NCBI GenBank assembly: GCA_031556035.1
Contig: JAVBTT010000021.1
Location: forward strand, 1,196-65,195
Direction of reading: 5' to 3'
Length of the DNA stretch: 64,000 nucleotides
DNA from: Oscillospiraceae bacterium
Lineage (GTDB): Bacteria > Bacillota > Clostridia > Oscillospirales > UBA929
Part shown: positions 1 to 7,552 of the stretch, piece by piece
Numbering within the stretch: the stretch's first letter is position 1
Layout of the letters: every line of letters begins with the position of its first letter
Program-made: the position numbers and the translations under genes
The notes under the pieces: model-generated
Seen by the model: only the letters and a program-made list of their open reading frames with translations
What the model was told of the DNA's origin: nothing
Databases searched by the model: none

Positions 1-732
1 CGCGGCCGCGTTGTCGCCCGCGCCTCCGACAACCGCCGTTTTTTTGCTTAATCCGGTAAGCCTGGCGGCATGCGCGCATATATAGCCCGTTATCTCGGGG
101 GATTCGTACACCTTGGCGAGCAGCGCCGGGTCAATGTCGAGCTTTTCAAGCAGCTCCAGCGACCAGCGGCGGTTTGGGACGTCAAGCAGCTGCATGCCCG
201 AGGCGTCCGAGACCTCGGTCGCGAACTCGCCGGTGAGCCTGTAGCGCAGATAGTCCTTGGGCAGCAGTATATGCCGGCATTTGCTGTAGATGTCCGGCTG
301 GTGCTTTTTGACCCACAGTATCTTGGAAGCGGTGAAGCCGGTCAGCGCTGGATTGGCGGTTATCTCTATCAGGCGCCCGGCCCCAACTTTCTCGGTCATC
401 TCGGCGCATTCCGCTCCGGTGCGCTGGTCGCACCAGATTATGCTGGGACGCAGCGTGTTTCCGTCTCCGTCAAGCATCACAAGCCCGTGCATTTGACCGG
501 ATATCCCGATTGCCGCTATGTCATCTGCGGATATACCGCTTTCTGACAGCACACCCTGGATTGTTGCGACAGCCGCGTTCCACCAATCCTCCGGGTTTTG
601 CTCAGCCCATCCGTTTTGAGGCTGAGACATTCCGTACTCGGCGGAAGACGAACAGACAGGCTCGTACTCCTGCGAATAGAGAACTGTTTTTGTGCCGGAG
701 GTTCCAAGATCAATCCCAAGCAGATATTTCAT
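1..732 (-). CDS. xylB: xylulokinase (FGGY carbohydrate kinase), N-terminal 244 codons; C-terminus lies off the left edge
   Basis: Not in the ORF track because it is open at the window edge. Reverse translation from ATG at 732 reads MKYLLGIDLGTSGTKTVLYSQEYE...AAIGISGQMHGLVMLD...IIWCDQRT...GGAGDNAAA, which are typical FGGY/xylulokinase motifs. Listed ORFs 70-546, 182-433 and 516-719 are shadow frames. Confidence 0.85.
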   Translation of the reverse strand, partial: MKYLLGIDLGTSGTKTVLYSQEYEPVCSSSAEYGMSQPQNGWAEQNPEDWWNAAVATIQGVLSESGISADDIAAIGISGQMHGLVMLDGDGNTLRPSIIWCDQRTGAECAEMTEKVGAGRLIEITANPALTGFTASKILWVKKHQPDIYSKCRHILLPKDYLRYRLTGEFATEVSDASGMQLLDVPNRRWSLELLEKLDIDPALLAKVYESPEITGYICAHAARLTGLSKKTAVVGGAGDNAAA

Positions 733-859
733 ATCGCACCCCTTTTAAGACAATTATACCTGTTTAAACCTGATAGTATTAATTTGAAAAAGCTTGCAGC
801 AGTGAGCTATGTAAATTTCTGAACGGAAGGTTTAAACATTGGGTTAGGGTAACATTAGT

Positions 860-1564
860 TTAGTATGAAGCGCCATCTGAGGACTTTACGATGGCCGCGA
901 CCGTTTGGAGCATAATGCCGATATCTCTCCAGAAGCTGAATTCTTCAATATAGCGTAAATTGTATTTCATTTTTGCTGGCAAAACGGTATTTACGTATAT
1001 GTCAACCGGATTTTGCGCTCCCACAAGCACGAGATCCTCATCCTTATACCTTATGCTGGCCAGAGAAGTGATACCGGCGGGCATTAAAAGCGTAGCCAGC
1101 ATTTCATTGGTATATTCATCCACATACCTCGGAACCTCAGGCCTTGTTCCAACAAAGCTCATATCTCCGAACAAAACATTTAGAAGCTGGGGCAGCTCGT
1201 CAAGACGTTTTTTTCGCAGCATAGCGCCAGCCCTTGTAATCCGGTTGTCTCCGGCAGTAGTTATTTGCTGTCCGGTATTGTCCGCCTCGGGAATCATTGT
1301 TCTGAATTTAAAAATTCTAAATTGCCTTCCGTATTGTGTCACCCTGATCTGCCTGAAAAAGACCGGGCCGCGCGAATCAGTCTTTATAATTATTGCAAGA
1401 ATGAGGAGGACAGGGGAGAGAATAATGAGTAGGATTGACGCCGCAACAATATCGAACAGACGCTTTATGAGCAAAGATATTTTTTTTGCCGCCAGAATGT
1501 CGTAATATTTTTCTACTTCACCCACGCGCAGACCGCCGGGGAGCTTATCCCATGCGCGGAGCAT
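860..1564 (-). CDS. bacterial sugar transferase (polyprenyl-phosphate glycosyl-1-phosphate transferase, WbaP/PglC-like small form)
   Basis: One N-terminal TM helix, then the signature FRQIRVTQYGRQFRIFKFRTM...DELPQLLNVLFGDMSFVGTRPEVP. Its ATG overlaps the upstream stop by 1 nt (TAATG). Confidence 0.85.
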   Translation of the reverse strand: MLRAWDKLPGGLRVGEVEKYYDILAAKKISLLIKRLFDIVAASILLIILSPVLLILAIIIKTDSRGPVFFRQIRVTQYGRQFRIFKFRTMIPEADNTGQQITTAGDNRITRAGAMLRKKRLDELPQLLNVLFGDMSFVGTRPEVPRYVDEYTNEMLATLLMPAGITSLASIRYKDEDLVLVGAQNPVDIYVNTVLPAKMKYNLRYIEEFSFWRDIGIMLQTVAAIVKSSDGASY

Positions 1565-2766
1565 TACTTAGAGCTCCCTAATATACGCTTAAGGTTATCT
1601 GTAACAAACTCCGCATGCTCGTCCGTGAGAAGAGTATGAAGCGGCAGGGTAATTTCATTCTGATACTGAGAAAAGGCGTTGGGGAAATCCTTGATATTAA
1701 ATCCCAGGTTTTTATACGCAGTAAACATGGGCAGCGGCTTGTAATGCACGTTACAAGCTATTCCAGCCTCGCCCATTCTCTCTATTACGCCGTTTCGGAA
1801 TTTTTCGTCTCTTCCCAGCAGACGGAGCATATAAAGATGCCCGCTTCCGGAAAAATTGTCCCCATAATGCCGCAGTATGGAAAAGCGCTCATTTTCGAAC
1901 GCACTGTCGTACATGCCGATAAGCTCACGTCTGCGCGATAGCAAATCGGGGTATCGCTGCAACTGTGCCAGCCCAAGAGCGGCCATGATGTCGGTCATGT
2001 TGCATTTATAGTATGTACCTATGATATCGTATTCCCAATCCCCACATCTGGATTTTGCAAGAGCGTCCTTGTTTTGCCCGTGCAGGGAGAGCAGCATGAG
2101 CTTGCGGTATATCTCGTCGTCACTTACTCCTGGAATGGTTTTCCAAGTAGCCGCTCCGCCCTCGGAGGTTGTGAGGTTTTTGACTGCGTGAAATGAAAAG
2201 CAGGAAAAATCCGCGATTTCTCCGCTCATCCTGCCCGAACGGGACGCGCCAAAGGAATGAGCGGTGTCCCCCAATACGGCTATTCTTCCCAAAGCTTCCT
2301 GAAGCCCTCCTCTTGGTTTGAAAAGGTGCCTGGCTGTTTCGGCAATTCCCAGTATTCTGTCATAATCACATACTACGCCCGCTATGTCAATTGGGATGAT
2401 GGCCTTGGTCTTATCCGTTATGGCGGCCTCAAGAGCGTCATAATCCATTTCATAGCTTCCGGGTGCCGTGTCAATTAATACGGGAGTGGCTCCAACGTGA
2501 TATATTATGCTGCATGAGGCTGTGTATGTATATGGTGATGTAATGACTTCGTCGCCCGGGCCGATATCGAAAAGCCTTAAAACAAGTTCAGCGGCGGCGG
2601 TCTGTGAGGCCAGGCACACCGCCTTTTTAGTATTACAGTATAAAGCAACTGCCTCTTCAAGTTTTTTAGTTTTCGGGCCTGTGGTAATCCAGCCCGAACG
2701 AAGAACCTCAGAGACCTCTTTGATTTCTAGCTCACTTATGTCAGGAGGGGAAAAGGGGATTTTCAT
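1564..2766 (-). CDS. DegT/DnrJ/EryC1/StrS family PLP-dependent sugar aminotransferase
   Basis: IPFSPPDISELEIKEVSEVLRSGWITTGPKTKKLE..., FHAVKNLTTSEGG (PLP-lysine region). Start moved to the second ATG (2766), which has GAGG 6 nt upstream. Confidence 0.85.
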   Translation of the reverse strand: MKIPFSPPDISELEIKEVSEVLRSGWITTGPKTKKLEEAVALYCNTKKAVCLASQTAAAELVLRLFDIGPGDEVITSPYTYTASCSIIYHVGATPVLIDTAPGSYEMDYDALEAAITDKTKAIIPIDIAGVVCDYDRILGIAETARHLFKPRGGLQEALGRIAVLGDTAHSFGASRSGRMSGEIADFSCFSFHAVKNLTTSEGGAATWKTIPGVSDDEIYRKLMLLSLHGQNKDALAKSRCGDWEYDIIGTYYKCNMTDIMAALGLAQLQRYPDLLSRRRELIGMYDSAFENERFSILRHYGDNFSGSGHLYMLRLLGRDEKFRNGVIERMGEAGIACNVHYKPLPMFTAYKNLGFNIKDFPNAFSQYQNEITLPLHTLLTDEHAEFVTDNLKRILGSSK

Positions 2767-3041
2767 AAAAAACCTCATTTTAATTTATTTGGAGGACTTA
2801 AAGAAATAATTACAGGCTGCTGACAAACTATTCCCGACCCGAAGCCCTCGCACAGGGCGAGTTGTCAGAGTCAGTATTTTGCAGCCGTTTTACGCAGTAA
2901 CAACGGGAAAAAATTCTGAATCCGCTGGTCGGGAAGGGGTTGAGAAGCGCTACTATGGCTTTGTCTATAGCCTGATAATTACAAAGGTATTATAACATAT
3001 ATCGCGCAGGTGAGCCGAACATTAAATTATACCAAGGCATT

Positions 3042-3476
3042 TTACCGCGTTTTGTCCGTATCGTTCCGTTTTACCAAAACCAGCCTATAGGGTTTATTTG
3101 TCTTCATGCAGGTCATAATAACGTTCAGCGATCCGCGCGAGGAACCGTCCCAAAGCACAAGCACGAAATCCGCCCGCGCGACTATGCTTGAATTGCGAAT
3201 AATCGGGGCTGCCTTGTCAAAGGTGTCGTAGTCGGGGCGAATTACAGTCAGAAGCAGATTGTTTTCAGAGGCGTAGCGTTCGGCCATGGTATCCACGCCT
3301 TTCGCGCCACCGCTGATTATTTCGCTGCACCCCGGGGGAATATTCTGCCCGATCATATTGTAACATCTTTCATCAAGAGATCTTGAGCCGATAACTGCTA
3401 CTTTCAAAATATAATCACCCAAAGCATCATTTGCAGTGTCAGTGGAAAGCTGGAAAAATAATAGTTTTTTTATCAA
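3042..3476 (-). CDS. SLOG-fold protein (DUF2493 / YspA-like)
   Basis: VAVIGSRS...IISGGAKGVDTMAERYA...VLVLWDGSSRGSLNVI resembles the GGAxGxD Rossmannoid SLOG pattern. Assigned from memory of the family; the N-terminal 20 aa are uncertain. Confidence 0.5.
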   Translation of the reverse strand: MIKKLLFFQLSTDTANDALGDYILKVAVIGSRSLDERCYNMIGQNIPPGCSEIISGGAKGVDTMAERYASENNLLLTVIRPDYDTFDKAAPIIRNSSIVARADFVLVLWDGSSRGSLNVIMTCMKTNKPYRLVLVKRNDTDKTR

Positions 3477-3696
3477 AATATTGTTGCGTGGAGAGAACGA
3501 CGCCCGATAGACTGGGGAAATTCATTTTTTTACAAGGATACGCTGCCGTGATTTGGGCGCGAAAGTGTCGAGTGACGTGGCGATAATCATGGCATATTAA
3601 TACCACTGTCCCGCAAGTGCGGACGGAAGAGCCTGGAAGCCCCGGCGGACCTTCAGGAGCTTATTTTTTTGATCGCCGGAGAAAAGAGAACATCAT

Positions 3697-4743
3697 ATGA
3701 AAGTTAAAACTAAAACAATTGGAATCATTATTTGCCTTGCGCTGCTTTTAAATATAACCGCTCTTGCCGCCGAGATGCCTGCCGAGATTATTCCCGTTGG
3801 ACATACGATGGGAATTAAGGTATACACCGAGGGGGTGTTGATTATAGGCACCGCGCCTGTACTCACCGCGGAGGGAGAAAAGGATCCGGCAGGTCTCGCG
3901 GGGCTTGCCAAGGGGGATGTCATCACTCATATAGAGGATAAGCCCATACTGTCGGCAAAAGAGATGCAAAATGCTATAAGAAATTCCGAAGGCCGTGAGT
4001 TGCTGATAAGGATACGACGGGATAATAAGACTGAGGAGCTCCGCGCTGAAGCTGTGAAAAGCGCGACAGACGGAGAACTCAAATTGGGCGTATGGATTAG
4101 AGACAGTATGGCCGGAATTGGAACCATAACGTTTTATGACCCGAAAACTCAACTGTTCGGAGCGCTCGGACATGGGGTGAACGACTCACAGACGGGGGGA
4201 CTGCTTGAGATAAGCGCGGGACAAATTGTCCATTCTGTAGTGGTTGACGTAATGCCGGGGCAGAGCGGGGCCCCGGGCGAATTGCGCGGGCAGTTCGATT
4301 CTCAGTGCGATGGAGGGGAGCTTCTTGACAACACGAATAACGGCGTGTTTGGCATTTTGAAAGGTAAAAGCGTACTAGGCGAAAAATTGAGGGCCCCTAT
4401 GCCGGTTGGCGCCCCGGAGGAGCTGAAGACGGGCAGGGCCACGATACTGAGCAATGTGCAGGGAAATGAAATTGAGGAATTTGATATTGAAATAACCAAA
4501 ATCATCAGCGAAAATGGAAACGCCAAAAATTTTATGATAAAAGTCATCGACGATCGGCTGATTGGCATCACTGGAGGCATTGTCCAAGGGATGAGCGGTA
4601 GTCCTGTAATACAGGACGGGAAAATTATGGGAGCAGTAACACATGTGCTAATAAACGATCCCAGGCGCGGATACGGCATATTTATTCACAGCATGATTAA
4701 TGACGGTATGAAAAGTTTAAAAATGAGTAAAAAAGTTGCATAA
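3697..4743 (+). CDS. spoIVB: stage IV sporulation protein B, S55 signal peptidase with PDZ domain
   Basis: Signal/TM segment, PDZ-like GLAKGDVITHIEDKPI, then GVWIRDSMAGIGTITFYDP...GALGHGV...GMSGSPVIQDGKIMGAVTHVL. Sits immediately upstream of spo0A, as in other endospore formers. Confidence 0.9.
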   Translation: MKVKTKTIGIIICLALLLNITALAAEMPAEIIPVGHTMGIKVYTEGVLIIGTAPVLTAEGEKDPAGLAGLAKGDVITHIEDKPILSAKEMQNAIRNSEGRELLIRIRRDNKTEELRAEAVKSATDGELKLGVWIRDSMAGIGTITFYDPKTQLFGALGHGVNDSQTGGLLEISAGQIVHSVVVDVMPGQSGAPGELRGQFDSQCDGGELLDNTNNGVFGILKGKSVLGEKLRAPMPVGAPEELKTGRATILSNVQGNEIEEFDIEITKIISENGNAKNFMIKVIDDRLIGITGGIVQGMSGSPVIQDGKIMGAVTHVLINDPRRGYGIFIHSMINDGMKSLKMSKKVA

Positions 4744-4810
4744 AAGTGCTTTTGTGTGCCGATCCTGTTGCGGGAAATATAGGGAAAATACACTGAAACG
4801 CTAAAATGTC

Positions 4811-4819
4811 TGATATAAT
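4811..4819 (+). promoter_or_regulatory. candidate extended -10 promoter (TGATATAAT) upstream of spo0A, with 0A-box-like heptamers downstream
   Basis: TGnTATAAT match at 4811-4819. ATCGACA at 4832-4838 (6/7 to TTCGACA) and TGTCGAG at 4915-4921 (6/7 to TGTCGAA). No good -35. Confidence 0.35.
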
Positions 4820-5032
4820 GCGATGCTTTAAATCGACACAATACAGCAAGATATTGTTGGATGCGGCACGACATTCATACAATATATTGGAACAGTGCAA
4901 ATATTGAGTAAAATTGTCGAGAGAAAAATGGCAAAAAAAGCAATCCTTCTATTGCAAAAACATTTTCTTTGTGTTATTTTATACTCAGATGCATAGATAA
5001 TAAAAAGGGGAGCATGAAATGGAGGTATTGGA

Positions 5033-5815
5033 GTGGAGAATGGCAAAAGGATATTAATTGCTGACGGAAACTCGGATTTCAGGGCGCTTTTGACCGATGC
5101 TCTGGAGGGGTACCCGGGGATAGAAATATCGGGGACCTCGTCTGATGGGTACGAAACCGTGGACCTGATTTCGACGCTTGAACCTGATGTGGTTCTGATG
5201 GATATCGTTTTGCCGGGGCTTGACGGATTTGGGGTCATGAAAGCGGTAAATGCGATGAGCCTGAAGATGAGGCCGGCCTTTATTGTTCTCTCGTGCTTCG
5301 CGACAGACGCGGTAACAGCCGAGGCGGCGGCGCTGGGGGCGCAATATTTCATGGTAAAGCCCTTTGATATCTCCGCCCTGATAGACAGGCTTAATCTTAC
5401 CGGTCCAAGCAGACAGAAGGGATTCCCGCTCCCGCCCCAGAAAGCGTCGCGTATGGAAATTGACCTTGAGGCGAGAGTTACGGCAATCATACACGAGATT
5501 GGAGTGCCGGCTCATATTAAGGGCTATCAGTACCTCAGAGAGGCTATCATGGTAGCGGTGAGAGACCGTGAGGCGGTCGGCGCAATAACAAAGGTGCTCT
5601 ATCCGACGGTTGCAAAAACATTTGCTACAACCGCATCGCGTGTAGAGAGAGCGATCAGGCATGCGATTGAGGTCGCCTGGGACAGGGGAGATCTTGAAAC
5701 ACTCCAAAAGTTTTTCGGATACACTGTAAGCAACGTAAAAGGGAAACCAACAAACTCTGAATTTATCGCCATGATAGCCGACAGGCTTCAGCTCCAGCTC
5801 AAGGCGGGAGCATAG
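5033..5815 (+). CDS. spo0A: sporulation master response regulator Spo0A
   Basis: Receiver domain ([11 protein letters not shown]...[13 protein letters not shown]) plus the diagnostic Spo0A C-terminal domain [20 protein letters not shown]...[15 protein letters not shown]...[18 protein letters not shown] start 7 nt after GGAGG. Confidence 0.95.
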   Translation: MENGKRILIADGNSDFRALLTDALEGYPGIEISGTSSDGYETVDLISTLEPDVVLMDIVLPGLDGFGVMKAVNAMSLKMRPAFIVLSCFATDAVTAEAAALGAQYFMVKPFDISALIDRLNLTGPSRQKGFPLPPQKASRMEIDLEARVTAIIHEIGVPAHIKGYQYLREAIMVAVRDREAVGAITKVLYPTVAKTFATTASRVERAIRHAIEVAWDRGDLETLQKFFGYTVSNVKGKPTNSEFIAMIADRLQLQLKAGA

Positions 5816-5858
5816 TGCCGGAATGTCGGGAGACAGGCGGTTGGTTGGGTAAGACATA

Positions 5859-5891
5859 AGGCAGGCAGCTGGGTACGCTGTCTGCCTTTTG
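5859..5891 (+). terminator. intrinsic terminator after spo0A
   Basis: AGGCAGGCAG (5859-5868) pairs with CTGTCTGCCT (5878-5887) with one G-U, followed by TTTTGG. Confidence 0.7.
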
Positions 5892-6023
5892 GCTTCATAA
5901 TATCATGTTTATTGGTTCTAGTAAATATTTAATTTGAAATATTGAGGTGCCAATTATTTTTTTGCGCGTTCAGCGTGGAAGAAAGCGCCGCAGACGCAGC
6001 CGCGAAGCGTTTTGATTAGCTTT

Positions 6024-7274
6024 TCAGATATTCTCCAGCGAGACGCGCCCTGTGTGCTTTATTTCCACCCATTTCGTGGTCTTTTTAAACAGCGAGGCGG
6101 TCTGGAGCGGGAGCCAGGAGAAGGTGAACAGGGCATATGTAAACACGCTTTTCAGCATCCGCATGTTGAGTTTCCGGCTGGTAGCTGCGATTATAGCGGC
6201 TAGAAGGGTGCTTCCTATGTAATAGGATAATATTGGGACTGCAGACGCGAGTATAAGCGCGGAAGGCGCAGGTGTTTTCAGGGCTGGGTAGAGCAGGCCG
6301 GTCATAAGGGGTATCAGTGACAATGCCTGCACAAATGGACTCAGCATAAACACGAGGGAGTCGAACACCAACGCGCTTTTCCCTCCGCGCAGATTTTTGA
6401 CAAGCGAGGGCATCATATGCCTTGATGCCTGCATTATGCCACTGCACCACCGCTTGCGCTGCGTAAGGGAAAGCCTGAAGGAGACGGGTTCTTCGTCATA
6501 GGCTATTGCCTCGGGCACCCAGGCTACTCTCTCTCCGGCGAGGGCGCACTGCGCTGAAAACTCCGCGTCCTCGGCAATTGTCTCAGTTCCCCAACCTCCG
6601 GATTTTTCAAGCACTTCCCGATGAACGGCGAAGGCAGTGCCGATCAGCTTGGCGGAGAGCCCGCAGGCAGCTCTCGCTCTGTTGTAAAATATATTGAACA
6701 TGTCGAAATATATAGAATAGCATCCGGACACCCACGAATCATATCTGTTCATAGCCTCTGTACGGCCTTTCGCAACCCGTGCGCCCGCGCAGAAGGCGTA
6801 GTTGATTTCAGCGAGAAAACGGCAGTCGGCGATATTGTCCGCGTCGAATACGCAAAAAGCGTCGTAATCATATGGCTTGTCCATCAATATCTCAAAGGAT
6901 TGCTTGAGCGCGTCCCCCTTGCACCTCACAACGCGCTGACAACTTATTATACAAGCCCCCGCTGACTTGGCGATCTGCTCGGTATTGTCGGAGCAGTTGT
7001 TGGGTACAACATAGATATCAAACAGCTCGCGCGGGTAATCCTGGGCTCTCAGGCTTTCCACCAGATTCCCGATGACCTTGGCCTCGTTTCTGGCTGGGAT
7101 CACTATCGCAAACTTACAGGACGGGGCGGCTTGTGGAAAGGCTCTGGGCTTTTTCAGACAAAATATAGCTATTGCAACGAAGTACACGCTGAAGAAAAGA
7201 CTCAATGTCTTTATGATCAGCGCTATAGCGGGAATAAGCTCCTCAATGTACACGTTTCGACGCTCCTCTCGCAT
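6024..7274 (-). CDS. family 2 glycosyltransferase, membrane-integrated (processive synthase-like)
   Basis: N-terminal TM, FAIVIPARNEAKVIGNLVESL, DAD motif (CVFDADNI), QRKRWCSG (QxxRW-type), C-terminal TM helices. Confidence 0.8.
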   Translation of the reverse strand: MREERRNVYIEELIPAIALIIKTLSLFFSVYFVAIAIFCLKKPRAFPQAAPSCKFAIVIPARNEAKVIGNLVESLRAQDYPRELFDIYVVPNNCSDNTEQIAKSAGACIISCQRVVRCKGDALKQSFEILMDKPYDYDAFCVFDADNIADCRFLAEINYAFCAGARVAKGRTEAMNRYDSWVSGCYSIYFDMFNIFYNRARAACGLSAKLIGTAFAVHREVLEKSGGWGTETIAEDAEFSAQCALAGERVAWVPEAIAYDEEPVSFRLSLTQRKRWCSGIMQASRHMMPSLVKNLRGGKSALVFDSLVFMLSPFVQALSLIPLMTGLLYPALKTPAPSALILASAVPILSYYIGSTLLAAIIAATSRKLNMRMLKSVFTYALFTFSWLPLQTASLFKKTTKWVEIKHTGRVSLENI

Positions 7275-7552
7275 TCTCTTTACATAAGTGAGCTTACATT
7301 AAATTTATTAAGGTGAAGCTGCGAAAAAAATGAAGATTTTCTTAAAAAGCTTCCTGGTATCCGGGTTTTTCCGAAGAATGCGAATTAAAGATCTTTTCCG
7401 GCTGTATTTATTGTAGTATAATCATCATGCGCCCCAGTGCGCTACGATAAACACAAGGTTGCATGGCGCATTAAGATGATTATCATTTAAATATTGCTGT
7501 ACACGTTAGTACAGCAATAAAATCGCATTTTGAGTCAGGGGGATATTGCCAT

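Noticed and set aside
4928-4996. 22-aa ORF (MAKKAILLLQKHFLCVILYSDA) upstream of spo0A
   Set aside because: The SD is weak or absent, and it lies in an AT-rich promoter region where short ORFs arise by chance. There is no terminator or other support.
7275-7552. Expected glmS ribozyme upstream of glmS
   Set aside because: I could not find the conserved ribozyme core segments by eye, and the spacer is AT-rich and short. It is reported as an absence rather than annotated, and needs a covariance-model check.
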